DNA from: Candidatus Subterrananammoxibius californiae
GTDB taxonomy: Bacteria; Planctomycetota; Brocadiia; Brocadiales; Subterrananammoxibiaceae
Direction of reading: 5' to 3'
NCBI GenBank assembly: GCA_030586555.1
Contig: JAURAC010000001.1
Coordinates: 32,001 to 96,000 of the forward strand
DNA: 64,000 nucleotides
Of this stretch, positions 28,408-38,723 are shown piece by piece; positions within the stretch are counted from its first letter, which is position 1; each line of letters begins with the position of its first letter. The notes beneath the pieces were generated by a model that saw nothing but the letters and a program-made list of their open reading frames with translations, did no database searches and had not been told where the DNA came from. The translations under genes and the position numbers were made by a program.

Positions 28408-31203
28408 ATGAAAATGACAATGGGTGCAAAGGTAATTATCCTATTCATGGTGGGAGGCCTGCTGCCTTTTATAACTATTGGCTTCATCAGTTATAACAAA
28501 GCAAGCACATCGCTCAGAGAGCAGGCGATGAACCAGTTGATGTCTGTCAGAGAAATGAAAAAAGCCGAGCTTGAGAAATATTTTGCAAGTAGAATGTCAG
28601 ACATTAAGACGCTCGCTTCGAGTACCATGACGATTAACGCCTTAGAAGCATTTAAGACATCCTTTAAGGAAATAGGGGCGGAAAAGGCAAGAAAGTTCTA
28701 TGTGTTTGATAACCCATACCCTTCGGGCAAAAAGCTTGAGTTAATAGATGCCCAGGACGGCAGTCCCTATACCATGCTTCACACCACATATCACCCACAC
28801 TTCAAGTACTATTTAGAGGAATGCGACAATTTTTATGATATATTCTTAGTAGATTCGGACACTGGCGACATCGTTTATACAGTCTTCAAAGAGGACGATT
28901 TTGGAACAAATCTTTATAACGGAAAATACAAGGATACAAACATTGGCGAATTAGCCAGGGCAGTCAACGCTGCGCAGGATAAGACCGTCAAGGATGTGGA
29001 TTTCCAGTTTTACGAACCATCCAACGGCGACCCGGCGCGTTTTATGGCTTGTCCAGTCCTCGACGAAACAGGGAAAAAGATAGGGATTCTCATATTCCAA
29101 TTATCCATAGAGGCTATTGACGCCGTAATGACGACACGCGCTGGATTAGGAGAAACAGGAGAAGCATACCTTGTCGGACCAGATGAATTACTACGCTCAA
29201 ACTCAAGGTTTTCAAAGGAACCCACTGTCCTGAAATTAAAGGTTGATACCGTTGCAACGCAAGAGTCTCTAAACAATCAAACAAGTACAAAGGTAATTAA
29301 AGATTACAGAGGAATTCCAGTGCTCAGTGCCTACTCCCCATTAAAGGTAGGGGAAATGTCATGGGCAATCATTGCAGAGATAGATGAAGCTGAGGCATTA
29401 AAGGCGGCAATCTCGCTAAGGAATCGGATGCTAATAATAGGCATAATAATCACAATAGGCGTTGCCGGGCTTGGTTGCCTGGTAGTAAGGGTTACAGGGC
29501 GTGTAACCAACTTGTTAAAAAATCTGGTTAAAAACCTTTCTGAAGGTTCCTCGCAAATAGCCTCGGCGTCAGAGCAAATCACAGCTTCAAGCAAAAACCT
29601 TTCACAGTCAACAACGAGACAGGCAGCAGCAGTTGAGGAGACATCATCTTCGATGGAAGAAATGGCATCCATGACCAAGCAGAATGCCGACCATGCCGGA
29701 GAAGCGGCACAATTTGCGGCTTTATGTAATAAATCCGCAGATGAAGGCAGCCACTCAATGTTTGAGATGAACAAGGCTATGAGTGAGATTGACCAGAGCA
29801 GCAAGAAGATAGGAGAGATAATCAGAACAATAGACGGCATAGCGTCCCAGACCAACCTCCTTGCATTAAATGCTGGAGTTGAGGCTGGCAAGGCGAGCGA
29901 ACAGGGTAAAGGGTTCGCCGTAGTGGCAGGGGAGGTGCGTAATCTTGCACAACGCAGCACTGTGGCGGCAAAGGATACCTCAATATTGATTCAGGAAAGT
30001 TTGAATAAAACAGGTGCAGGCACTGAGTTGGTGAAGAAATGCACCGAGTCGTTCCAGAATATAGTAACAAATGTCAAGAAGATGGCTGATTTGGTTAACG
30101 AAATCTCAGAAGCGTCCCAGGAGCAATCTCAAGGTGTAGCGCAGGTATCCCAGGTAATACAGCAAATTGACCAGGTGCTTCAAGGAAACGAATCTACTGC
30201 AGAGGAAACTGTATCAGCTGCCGAGGAGTTGTTGTCCCAATCGCAAATATTGAACGCAATAGAAGAAATTGCATCCATGACCAAGCAGAATGCCGACCAT
30301 GCCGGAGAGGCGGCACAATTGGCTATTTTATGTAATAAATCCGCAGATGAAGGCAACAAGTCAATGTTAGAGATGAACAAGGCTATGAATGAGATTGACC
30401 AGAGCAGCAAGAAGATAAGCGAGATAATCAGGACAATAGACGGCATAGCATTCCAGACCAATCTCCTTGCATTAAATGCTGCGGTTGAGGCTGCGAGGGC
30501 TGGCGAACAGGGTAAAGGATTTGTGGTGGTGGCAGAAGAGGTACGCAACCTTGCACAGCGCTGCGCTGGAGCGGCAAAGGATACCTCAACATTGATTCAG
30601 GAAAGCCTGTGCAAAATTGATGGAGGCGCTGAACTGGCGAAGAAATGTACCGAGTCGTTACAGAATATAGTAACAAATGTCAAGAAGGTGGTTGATTTGA
30701 TTAATGAAATTTCTGCAGCATCTCAGGAGCAATCTCAGGGTGTGGCGCAGGTATCCAAGGCGATACAGCAAATTGACCAGGTGCTTCAAGGAAACGCATC
30801 TACTGCTGAGGAAACTGCATTGGCTGCTGAGGAATTGTCGTCCCAATCACAAATGTTGAATACATTTATCTCTAAGATAGCAAGTGAGGTAGGCAGCGGA
30901 AACGGAAGCATTAAAGCTGTATCTACCAAAAAAACAGAACCTTCAATTAAGCCCAAGGCACATAATCGCATACATCAGCATATAATTAGTGACGAGATTC
31001 ACACCGCATCAAAAGGAGATAATAATGATGATGATAAGGGACAAGATGGTAATGGCACAAAGGACCAAATAACCTCCCCTCCTTCCGATGCATCTTCTAC
31101 ACCTCACGAATCATTAGCGGAGAGTGACTCCTGGGTTTCAAAGGTATGGGAACCCATACGTGGAACAGGGAAAGCCCTGTTCCACCGTACGGGGTCACGC
31201 TAA
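28408..31203 (+). CDS. Methyl-accepting chemotaxis protein with Cache-type sensor and two tandem signalling domains
   Basis: [26 protein letters not shown]; two QTNLLALNA motifs; GGAGG RBS before ATG 28408. Confidence 0.9.
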   Translation: MKMTMGAKVIILFMVGGLLPFITIGFISYNKASTSLREQAMNQLMSVREMKKAELEKYFASRMSDIKTLASSTMTINALEAFKTSFKEIGAEKARKFYVFDNPYPSGKKLELIDAQDGSPYTMLHTTYHPHFKYYLEECDNFYDIFLVDSDTGDIVYTVFKEDDFGTNLYNGKYKDTNIGELARAVNAAQDKTVKDVDFQFYEPSNGDPARFMACPVLDETGKKIGILIFQLSIEAIDAVMTTRAGLGETGEAYLVGPDELLRSNSRFSKEPTVLKLKVDTVATQESLNNQTSTKVIKDYRGIPVLSAYSPLKVGEMSWAIIAEIDEAEALKAAISLRNRMLIIGIIITIGVAGLGCLVVRVTGRVTNLLKNLVKNLSEGSSQIASASEQITASSKNLSQSTTRQAAAVEETSSSMEEMASMTKQNADHAGEAAQFAALCNKSADEGSHSMFEMNKAMSEIDQSSKKIGEIIRTIDGIASQTNLLALNAGVEAGKASEQGKGFAVVAGEVRNLAQRSTVAAKDTSILIQESLNKTGAGTELVKKCTESFQNIVTNVKKMADLVNEISEASQEQSQGVAQVSQVIQQIDQVLQGNESTAEETVSAAEELLSQSQILNAIEEIASMTKQNADHAGEAAQLAILCNKSADEGNKSMLEMNKAMNEIDQSSKKISEIIRTIDGIAFQTNLLALNAAVEAARAGEQGKGFVVVAEEVRNLAQRCAGAAKDTSTLIQESLCKIDGGAELAKKCTESLQNIVTNVKKVVDLINEISAASQEQSQGVAQVSKAIQQIDQVLQGNASTAEETALAAEELSSQSQMLNTFISKIASEVGSGNGSIKAVSTKKTEPSIKPKAHNRIHQHIISDEIHTASKGDNNDDDKGQDGNGTKDQITSPPSDASSTPHESLAESDSWVSKVWEPIRGTGKALFHRTGSR

Positions 31204-31249
31204 ACTAAACGTAAAGGCTAAATGCAGGCTGGCACGGCCTTATTACAGA

Positions 31250-31621
31250 TTATGGCCAGCATCGCCAACGACGATAGTAGGGACGGGGCACATAATAGTA
31301 ATAAGGTCTGGAACCGTAGTTGAAGTTGTAATAATAGTATGGCTTATTCCAGTAAGGATACGGCTTGTAGGAATATGGTAATGGCCTGTAGTTATCATAA
31401 TATCCATTCCAGTATCCATGGTTATAGCCACGGTTGTAACTATTCCAGTATCCTGGTCTATGTACATAATAGGTACCGCCACCCCACCCGAAACCAAAGC
31501 TATCTACAGTATAATAATAGCTAAATCCTAAGTCTCCAGCCTTTGCTTTCGATGTACTTAGAGCCAGACCTGTGCCTGTTAATACCATTGCAAATAGAAT
31601 TGCTACGCAAAATTTTTTCAT
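31250..31621 (-). CDS. Small secreted Tyr/Pro/Arg-rich protein
   Basis: Signal peptide MKKFCVAIL...AKA followed by a low-complexity Tyr-rich mature part. Confidence 0.65.
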   Translation of the reverse strand: MKKFCVAILFAMVLTGTGLALSTSKAKAGDLGFSYYYTVDSFGFGWGGGTYYVHRPGYWNSYNRGYNHGYWNGYYDNYRPLPYSYKPYPYWNKPYYYYNFNYGSRPYYYYVPRPYYRRWRCWP

Positions 31622-31642
31622 CTCCAATACCTCCAAGACGCT

Positions 31643-32134
31643 TTACTTTCTTTCAAAAAAGGTATGCTGTCTAAGAGAACGGGTCATCTTTCTTAATATT
31701 AGAATTAACGCATTCCTTTCATCCTCTGTTAGAGGTTCGAGCATTGTCTGAAGACGCATCGTCCTTCTCTTTAGTTCCTCTTCGAGTACCTTTTGACCCT
31801 CCTCCGATAAGGATATAACCCATTGGCGCTTATCTCCTCCAAGTGGTTCACGCCTTATTAAAGAAACCTCATCCGCCTTAGGCGGACCATTTCTGAACGA
31901 TTCGAGTGTCGTCAGAAGGCGAGAAATCTGATAAGTATCTAAGTTCAAAAGCGCCTTAAGTTCTTTTAAACTAAGGCGGCCATTATCCTTAAGTAACCGT
32001 AATACGGCTTCCTGTGTTATGTTTAAAAGAGGCGCAATCCGACTCTGTTTAGCTATTTCATGGGTTAGTACGCTTATTTCTTCAACCAGTCTATCCAGGT
32101 TTACACCCTCTTTTGTAGAAGTATTTACCTTCAT
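31643..32134 (-). CDS. MarR family transcriptional regulator
   Basis: ITQ..VL..L, LKEL, ISRLL..LE, DKR..VISLSEEG; in-frame PPKAD insert. Confidence 0.85.
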   Translation of the reverse strand: MKVNTSTKEGVNLDRLVEEISVLTHEIAKQSRIAPLLNITQEAVLRLLKDNGRLSLKELKALLNLDTYQISRLLTTLESFRNGPPKADEVSLIRREPLGGDKRQWVISLSEEGQKVLEEELKRRTMRLQTMLEPLTEDERNALILILRKMTRSLRQHTFFERK

Positions 32135-32338
32135 ATTTGAAATTACCCGACAAAAAGGTTAACATTACTTGCATCATCTATTAATATTATACATAATATT
32201 TGCAAGTTTGCAAGTATTCTCAGGGTTTGATAGTGTTAAGAAATTTGTATGAGGGTGAAAAGCAAGTTCCTCCGTGACAAATTCTCTTGACTTTAATTTC
32301 ACGTAAATTTAAAATCCACTTATCTTTTTGTAAAAAAG

Positions 32339-32393
32339 GTAGGGGCAGGTCTTGTACCTGCCTTGGAATAGGGCAACCGTAAGGGTTGCCCTA
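32339..32393. repeat. GTAGGGGC double-hairpin REP
   Basis: GTAGGGGCAGGTCTTGTACCTGCC..GGGCAACCGTAAGGGTTGCCCTA; related copy at 51179-51260. Confidence 0.8.
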
Positions 32394-32432
32394 TTCCTTC
32401 AAATATTTTTTCAAAAGGAAAAAGGATAATAC

Positions 32433-33260
32433 ATGCTAAAAGAAAGATTTGGTTTTATTGGGGGCGGAAAGATGGGCGAAGCCCTTGTAAAGGGGATACT
32501 CAAGGCTAAACTGAGTTCGGCAGATAAAATCATTGTAGGCGACCCACTCAAGGAAAGGGTCTTGCTTCTTGAAAAGGAAACAGGCATTAAGACAACCCAG
32601 AATAATAAGGAAATTGTACAAAATGCCGATTTGATTATACTTGCAGTTAAGCCAAACACGGTTGGAGGTGTACTTAAAGAACTCAAGGATAGTATTACAA
32701 AGAAGCATCTAATTGTTTCGATAGCTGCGGGGATTCCTATTGCCTTTATCGAATCGTCTTTGAAACCCGGGTGTCGGGTCATCCGCGTTATGCCTAACAC
32801 CCCATGCCTTGTAGGCGAAACAGCGGCAGGCTTTGCGCTTGGGACAAACGCAACGGAAGCCGATGGCAAGCTCGTGTCAACAATATTAAGCGCGGTAGGG
32901 AAATGCTTCCTCCTCGATGAAAAACTTCTTGATACGGTAACAGGTCTAAGCGGAAGCGGTCCTGCATTTGTTTATATGGTCATAGAAGCCCTGTCAGACG
33001 GTGGTGTAAAGATGGGGCTTACTCGTGATGTGGCAACGAAGCTTGCAGCGCAAACCGTATTAGGTTCGGCAAAGATGGTACTGGAGTCAGGCATTCATAT
33101 TGGCGAGCTAAAGGATTTTGTTACCTCGCCCGGCGGCACAACGATTGAAGGCATCCATGCCCTCGAAAAGGGCGGTCTAAGGACAGCGCTTATAGACGCG
33201 GTTGAAGCGGCAACGTTGAAATCCAGGAAACTCGGAGAGGCTTTTTCAAAAAAAGCATAA
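32433..33260 (+). CDS. proC: Pyrroline-5-carboxylate reductase
   Basis: GFIGGGKMG, LAVKP, SIAAG, RVMPNTP, GSGPA, VTSPGGTT. Confidence 0.97.
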   Translation: MLKERFGFIGGGKMGEALVKGILKAKLSSADKIIVGDPLKERVLLLEKETGIKTTQNNKEIVQNADLIILAVKPNTVGGVLKELKDSITKKHLIVSIAAGIPIAFIESSLKPGCRVIRVMPNTPCLVGETAAGFALGTNATEADGKLVSTILSAVGKCFLLDEKLLDTVTGLSGSGPAFVYMVIEALSDGGVKMGLTRDVATKLAAQTVLGSAKMVLESGIHIGELKDFVTSPGGTTIEGIHALEKGGLRTALIDAVEAATLKSRKLGEAFSKKA

Positions 33261-33261
33261 G

Positions 33262-33600
33262 ATGAAAACAAAAAAACTTACAGAGAAAGTAATACTTGAT
33301 ACGCTAACAGAGCAAAAAGAAATATTGAAAAAGTACGGTGTCAAAAGAATAGGATTGTTCGGTTCCTTTGTTAGAGGAGAGCAAAAAGAATATAGCGACA
33401 TAGATTTTCTCGTTGAGTTTGAAAAGCCCAGTTTTGATAATTTTATGGATTTAGCCTTTTATCTTGAAGACTTGTTCGGCAGAAAAGTGAAACTTATAAC
33501 AAATGGCAGTTTAAGCCCTTACATTCAACCTTACGTAGAAAAAGAAATAAAGTGGTATGAAACAGAAGATAGAAGGCTAAGGGTTAAGGGTTCACTATGA
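33262..33600 (+). CDS. Minimal nucleotidyltransferase (MNT antitoxin); no intact HEPN partner follows
   Basis: LFGSFVRGEQ..SDIDFLVEF. Confidence 0.85.
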   Translation: MKTKKLTEKVILDTLTEQKEILKKYGVKRIGLFGSFVRGEQKEYSDIDFLVEFEKPSFDNFMDLAFYLEDLFGRKVKLITNGSLSPYIQPYVEKEIKWYETEDRRLRVKGSL

Positions 33601-33622
33601 TGAAATTGACACCCTATATTAA

Positions 33623-33811
33623 ATGGAAATACGTATAGAAAATCATACTTTAGAGCAAGCCAAAGAACGCAGAGCCAACGTCATTGCGAGGGGTGGTAGC
33701 CCCGTGGCAATCTCATTGAGATTGCTTCGCTATGCTCGCAATGACAGGAAGGGGGCTGATGTAATTATTACCGTTGCCGTATATGCCTATTACGGCATGT
33801 GGGAGAAATAA
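33623..33811 (+). pseudogene. DUF4258-like toxin remnant with centre replaced by a REP
   Basis: N-terminus MEIRIENHTLEQAKER and C-terminus VIITVAVYAYYG.W flank the GTCATTGCGAG...CTCGCAATGAC repeat (33680-33745). Confidence 0.6.
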
Positions 33812-33813
33812 CA

Positions 33814-34017
33814 ATGAAGATTACCTATGACTCAAAGAACGATTTACTTTATATCCGTATAGATCCCCGCAAACAGCAATTGGAAAACATACGGGTAAAA
33901 GAAAATATTGTTTTAGACATTGGAGAGGATGATAAACTGGTAGGGATAGAAATATTGGACGCATCCAAAACATTAGATTTGTCACAAATACTGCCTGCTA
34001 CGGTGGAAACTTTTTAA
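33814..34017 (+). CDS. DUF2283 domain protein (putative antitoxin)
   Basis: MKITYDS..DLLYI...GIEILDAS. Confidence 0.85.
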   Translation: MKITYDSKNDLLYIRIDPRKQQLENIRVKENIVLDIGEDDKLVGIEILDASKTLDLSQILPATVETF

Positions 34018-34028
34018 GAGGTTGATTT

Positions 34029-34340
34029 CTGGCTGAAAAAGAGTATTTAATACCATATAGCGCTGACTCAAGAAAAAGGCATTATCATAAGACGGTTGCA
34101 GGAAAAGTTGTTTCCTATACGGTCCAATTTGAGGTTAAAATAAAGGAAGAATGAAAGCCTGTTATTAGGTACGATTGTTCTCACAATTACGCTCATTGTG
34201 ATAGATACAATCTCTATGGAGAACAAAAGAAAGAGGCTTTACCTTTATCTTATTCAGAGGCGTTAACATTCGGAGATAAAGACGTAAAGAAAAACTGGAG
34301 AGTTTATAGAGAACGATTTCTGAAAGGTGAATACCCATGA
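34029..34340 (+). pseudogene. Inactivated putative toxin gene coupled to the next gene
   Basis: CTG at the expected start, in-frame TGA at 34152-34154 (EE*KPVIRYDCSH..AH.D), stop overlaps the ATG at 34337. Confidence 0.7.
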
Positions 34341-34600
34341 ATATTATGGAAGATAAAAATGCCGAGATGATTTATGAATTCGATATGTACGTACTGGAGC
34401 ATCCAGAATTCGCCGAAAATATTCCTCAAGGGGCTATTGTTGCTTTGCAGATAGATGGGGATGAGGAATTTAACAGATGGAGTAAAAGGCTTGCAAAAAG
34501 CCAGGCAGAGAAAGGGCAGCCAATTGTCTATGTAAGGATAAAGAAGATAAAACCCCCTTGCTCAAGGATTGAAGTGGTTGAACTCGAAAGGGTAGCGTAG
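34337..34600 (+). CDS. DUF5647-like putative antitoxin
   Basis: EFD.YVLEHPEF...IP.GA.V...D.EFN pattern. Confidence 0.7.
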   Translation: MNIMEDKNAEMIYEFDMYVLEHPEFAENIPQGAIVALQIDGDEEFNRWSKRLAKSQAEKGQPIVYVRIKKIKPPCSRIEVVELERVA

Positions 34601-34701
34601 GAAAACAAAGGTTGCAATACTTTGCGAACTTTGCGAGAAAAAAATATTTCACGCCAAGACACAAAGAGCGCCAAGTTGGAAAGCAGAACAAGGAGCGGAA
34701 G

Positions 34702-34914
34702 ATGGAAAAGACTGCAGGATTAAGTGTTCACTATGATAAGGAAGTTGACGTGCTATATCTTGCAAGGGAAGGCAAAGAAGCCTCTACCGAGGAGGTTTAT
34801 CCTGGTATAAACCTTGAATTTGATGAGGAAGGGAATATTATCGGTATAGAAATACTTAACGCATCCTCAGTCCTGAAAGATACCATAGAACCCCTTCGAG
34901 AGAAGATTGCTTAG
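34702..34914 (+). CDS. DUF2283 domain protein (orphan)
   Basis: VHYDKEVDVLYL...IIGIEILNAS; AAGGAG RBS. Confidence 0.85.
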   Translation: MEKTAGLSVHYDKEVDVLYLAREGKEASTEEVYPGINLEFDEEGNIIGIEILNASSVLKDTIEPLREKIA

Positions 34915-34947
34915 GCTCCAAGGCTAAAACAAAACGCTGAAATTCAG

Positions 34948-35226
34948 ATGATGACTAATGAAGGAATATCTGTTAAACTAACCAAGCATGCCAAGATTAA
35001 AATCGGTCAAAGAAATATTACTTTGGATGAGATAAAGAAGGTTATTTTAATGCCTGAATTGATGGAGCCAGATAAATTTGATAAGTCTTTAGTTCATTTT
35101 ATAGGTACAATTCAGAGGAAATTTTTAAGGGTAATAGGGAGATGGGAAAGTACACAGGATTTATTAGTGATAAGCGCCTTTTTTGATAAACGTTTAAAGA
35201 GGAAGAAAAAAGATGATAAAAATTAG
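34948..35226 (+). CDS. DUF4258-like putative toxin
   Basis: LTKHAK....R.I...I..V..P, LRVI, VISAFFD; overlaps the next gene. Confidence 0.75.
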   Translation: MMTNEGISVKLTKHAKIKIGQRNITLDEIKKVILMPELMEPDKFDKSLVHFIGTIQRKFLRVIGRWESTQDLLVISAFFDKRLKRKKKDDKN

Positions 35227-35413
35227 CTATGATAAAGAGGGCGATGTACTGGAAATAAGATTTTCTGAGAATGCTATTAATGATAGTGAATATGTTAAAG
35301 AGTCTGGCTTGGTTTTGGATTATGACAAAGGCGGTAACATAGTAGCGGTGGAGATTATTTCTTTCTCTAAAAGAGTGAGCAAAGAGGAAGCAATAGAGGC
35401 TGTTGTTATATGA
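35213..35413 (+). CDS. DUF2283 domain protein (putative antitoxin)
   Basis: KISYDKEGDVLEI...DYD..GNIVAVEI. Confidence 0.85.
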   Translation: MIKISYDKEGDVLEIRFSENAINDSEYVKESGLVLDYDKGGNIVAVEIISFSKRVSKEEAIEAVVI

Positions 35414-35430
35414 TAGGATAAACGGAGGAT

Positions 35431-36990
35431 TTGATGTCGCAAAAGACATCCAAAAAAGAAGGAGATTCTTCGGCTACGCCTCAGAATGACAAAGGTGAGG
35501 AGAGCCACCAAGAGAAAGAATCTATCCTGATTCAGGAAAGAAAGAAGAAGTTAGAAAAGATAAGGGAATTAGGTTATAACCCTTATCCCTACGAATATAA
35601 AAGAACACACACGATTGAGCAGGTTATATCCAATAAGGATACTCTGGTAAACTCTAAGGATGAGGTATCTCTTGCAGGAAGGCTCTTTGCAGTGAGGAGT
35701 CATGGCAAGAGCACCTTTGCCGATTTGTATGAGGCAGGGAAGAAGATACAGTTGTACTTTAAAAAGGACATCTTAAACGAAAAGTACGAACTTGCAAAAT
35801 TACTGGATATTGGCGATATTATTGGCGCAAGGGGAACGTTGACGCTCACCCATACAGGTGAGCTAACCCTCGTTACAAATGACCTTGACATTCTTTCAAA
35901 ATCCGTAAAACCCGTTCCTGTGGGCAAGATTGAATTTAAGGAAGGGGAAAGACATGCCCATGTAGAACTATCCGATACGGAGATTAGATACAGGCAGAGA
36001 AGCCTCGATTTACTTTTAAATCCCACCTCTTTTGAGGTCTTCAAGACAAGGACAAAGATTTTAAGGCTTATAAGAAAATTCATGGAGGATAAGGGGTTTA
36101 TAGAGGTTGAGACACCAACTCTTCAAACCATCTACGGCGGTGCAGCGGCGAGACCTTTTCATACTCACTTGAATGCTCTGGCTATGGATATGTTTCTAAG
36201 AATCTCCCCTGAAATCCCTTTAAAAAAGATTATTATGGGCGGATTCGACAGGGTATTTGAGATTGCAAAGAATTTCAGAAACGAGGGGTTGGACAGGTCA
36301 CACAATCCCGAGTTTACCATGATGGAATGGTACGAGGCATACACCGACTATAACTATCAGATGAAGCAATACGAGGAACTCGTATGCTATTTAGTAAAGG
36401 AACTGCACGGCACGTTGACCATTGACTATCTTGGAACCAAACTTGACTTCACGCCACCATGGAAAAGGCTCACGATGATAGACGGTTTAAGAGAATACGC
36501 CAATATTGATGTTAATGCCCTTAAAGATGACGAAATAAAGAAGCTCCTCGAGATGCACAATATAGCCCTAAAAGGCGATTATAAATGGGGCAAGGCTGTA
36601 AATGCCCTTTTCGAGACCCTCGTCATGGATAAGCTAATACAGCCCACGTTCATTGTAGATTATCCACTTGAGACAAGCCCCTTAACAAAGATTCACAGAA
36701 ATGACAAGAGGCTTATCGAACGCTTTGAGGTTGCTATATGCAGGATGGAGGTTGGAAACGCATACAGCGAATTAAACGACCCGCAGGAACAGTTAGAACG
36801 GCTCCAAGCCCAGCAGGAAGAAAAAGAGGATGAGGTTTTTCCTATGGATGCGGACTTCGTACATGCTATGGAGTGCGGCATGCCGCCGTGCGGTGGTGTA
36901 GGATTAGGAATAGACAGGATTGTGATGCTGCTAACAAACTCCCCCTCAATTAGAGACGTTATTTTATTTCCAATCATGAAACCGATATAA
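35431..36990 (+). CDS. lysS: Lysine--tRNA ligase (class II)
   Basis: EVETP.L..IYGGAAARPF.T, FRNEG.D..HNPEFT, GMPP.GG.G.GIDR; N-terminus contains repeat-derived GDSSATPQND. Confidence 0.97.
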   Translation: MMSQKTSKKEGDSSATPQNDKGEESHQEKESILIQERKKKLEKIRELGYNPYPYEYKRTHTIEQVISNKDTLVNSKDEVSLAGRLFAVRSHGKSTFADLYEAGKKIQLYFKKDILNEKYELAKLLDIGDIIGARGTLTLTHTGELTLVTNDLDILSKSVKPVPVGKIEFKEGERHAHVELSDTEIRYRQRSLDLLLNPTSFEVFKTRTKILRLIRKFMEDKGFIEVETPTLQTIYGGAAARPFHTHLNALAMDMFLRISPEIPLKKIIMGGFDRVFEIAKNFRNEGLDRSHNPEFTMMEWYEAYTDYNYQMKQYEELVCYLVKELHGTLTIDYLGTKLDFTPPWKRLTMIDGLREYANIDVNALKDDEIKKLLEMHNIALKGDYKWGKAVNALFETLVMDKLIQPTFIVDYPLETSPLTKIHRNDKRLIERFEVAICRMEVGNAYSELNDPQEQLERLQAQQEEKEDEVFPMDADFVHAMECGMPPCGGVGLGIDRIVMLLTNSPSIRDVILFPIMKPI

Positions 36991-37037
36991 GATTGCTTCG
37001 CCTTTGGCTCGCAATGACAGCTTTGGAGTATTCTAAA

Positions 37038-38537
37038 GTGGCAAAAGAAAAAACTGTAAAGATTGGCTTATTAGGTTCAGGTACAATAGGGACAGGGGTT
37101 CAGGATATAATACTTAAAGACTCCAGTTCATTATACAAGAAACTTGGTTATAGGCTTAGTATAGAGAAGATTTACACCGAGTTGCCCAAAGAAAGAAAAT
37201 GGTATTCTAAGTATCCGGAAAAATTCACGGAAAAACCTGAAGATGTACTAAATGCCGATGTTGACATCATTGTTGAGGTGTTAGGGCTTAGAGAGCCAGA
37301 AAAAGATGCCCCATTGGTAAAGTCCCTCATTCTGAAAGCCCTTGAAAATGGAAAATCGGTCGTTACAGCCAATAAGGCTGTACTTGCACGATACGGTAGG
37401 GAAATACATGAAAAAGCTAAAGAGCGTGGCGTGCAGGTCAGATACGAGGCTTCTGTGGCAGGCGGCATTCCCATCATCAGGGCATTAGGAGAAGGACTCA
37501 TTTCCGATAAGATTACCAGTATATACGGCATCCTGAATGGCACATGCAATTACATCCTTTCTGGCATGAACAAAAACAAGACCTACAGAGAGGCGCTTGA
37601 AGAGGCACAGAAGAAGGGCTACGCCGAGACAAACCCAGATGCTGACGTGAAGGGGTACGATACAAGGGATAAGGTTATCGTCCTGTTGCAACTCGTCTAT
37701 GGATTATTTCCCTCAAAAAGTGAAATCCTAACCGAAGGAATTGACATGTTAGAAAGGATTGACTTTAGTTATGCAAAGGAAAAGCTAAGATATCCCGGCA
37801 ACATCAAACTGTTAGGTTTTATTGAGAATAATAATAGAGAAATTTCTGCAAGGATTTCACCTGCAATCATTAGGGAGACACACATCCTTTCGAGGGTAAA
37901 TGGTTCTTATAATGCAATCTTCGTAGAAAGTGAATATTGTGAGAAGGCATGTTACATGGGACGGGGCGCCGGTGCGCATCCCACCGCAAATTCCATAATC
38001 TCTGATATAATATCCATTGCGGATGGCAAAAAGCATGTAGGGGCAGGTTTAAAACCTGCCCCTACCTCGCTCTATATGTTGCGTCGGGATGTTAACGGCA
38101 AACACAGGCACTACATAAGATTTCTTGTAAAAAACCAGGCGGGTATTGTAAGCAATATACTTGGAATACTTTTTAACTACGCCGAAAGAAAGAGGGAAGA
38201 AATCCATGTTGACGAGGTGCTTCAGATAGAGCACCCTAACGAGGAAAGAAGATACCTGAAAGAAGCCTATAAAAACAAATACGAAAAACTCTTAGTACAA
38301 TCCCCTCCACCCTCCCCTCCCCCTCATGGAGGGAGGGTTTGGGATGTGGTCAAAAAAAAGTATGATTCGTTAGCGAAATGCGATGTTAAGGACATATTAC
38401 CATTTGCAATTACCCTCGAGCCCTGCAAAACGGATATAATAAGAAATGCCATCGAAGAGATAAACAAGGAAGCTTATATCCTGACAGAACCGTTACTATT
38501 AAGGATGCTCTGGGACTTACCAGATTTGCAGGATTAA
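37038..38537 (+). CDS. hom: Homoserine dehydrogenase with two in-frame repeat insertions
   Basis: LLGSGTIG, VVTANK, YEASVAGGIP, GILNGTCNYIL, GRGAG..PTA; GTG start after GGAG. Confidence 0.92.
   Translation: MAKEKTVKIGLLGSGTIGTGVQDIILKDSSSLYKKLGYRLSIEKIYTELPKERKWYSKYPEKFTEKPEDVLNADVDIIVEVLGLREPEKDAPLVKSLILKALENGKSVVTANKAVLARYGREIHEKAKERGVQVRYEASVAGGIPIIRALGEGLISDKITSIYGILNGTCNYILSGMNKNKTYREALEEAQKKGYAETNPDADVKGYDTRDKVIVLLQLVYGLFPSKSEILTEGIDMLERIDFSYAKEKLRYPGNIKLLGFIENNNREISARISPAIIRETHILSRVNGSYNAIFVESEYCEKACYMGRGAGAHPTANSIISDIISIADGKKHVGAGLKPAPTSLYMLRRDVNGKHRHYIRFLVKNQAGIVSNILGILFNYAERKREEIHVDEVLQIEHPNEERRYLKEAYKNKYEKLLVQSPPPSPPPHGGRVWDVVKKKYDSLAKCDVKDILPFAITLEPCKTDIIRNAIEEINKEAYILTEPLLLRMLWDLPDLQD
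38037..38065. repeat. GTAGGGGC REP in frame in hom (VGAGLKPAPT)
   Basis: Identical to the intergenic copy at 10346-10374. Confidence 0.9.
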
Positions 38538-38723
38538 AAATAGTAAAACATGCCATGCTAAACTCGTTTTCAGCATATGTAGACCCCTAAACAAGTTCAG
38601 GATGACATTACTTTTTCAATGACCTCTCAAATGATGGTTGACTTTTAATTTGTCTCTTGATATGATTATGCGGATTTTCAAAGAAGTAAGCGGTTCCGCT
38701 GTTAGCAAGGCAGGGTATGTGCC

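Noticed and set aside
25608..30971. Long antisense ORFs inside the MCP genes
   Set aside because: Typical shadow ORFs of Ala/Ser/Glu-rich coiled-coil genes.
34152..34154. TGA recoding (Trp or Sec) in the toxin-like gene
   Set aside because: TGA is used as a normal stop in many genes here, and the same ORF also lacks a normal start codon, so a pseudogene is more parsimonious.
33262..35413. Integron cassette array
   Set aside because: No intI, and I could not find attC-type RYYYAAC...GTTRRRY boundaries; the spacers are REP or heptamer scars.
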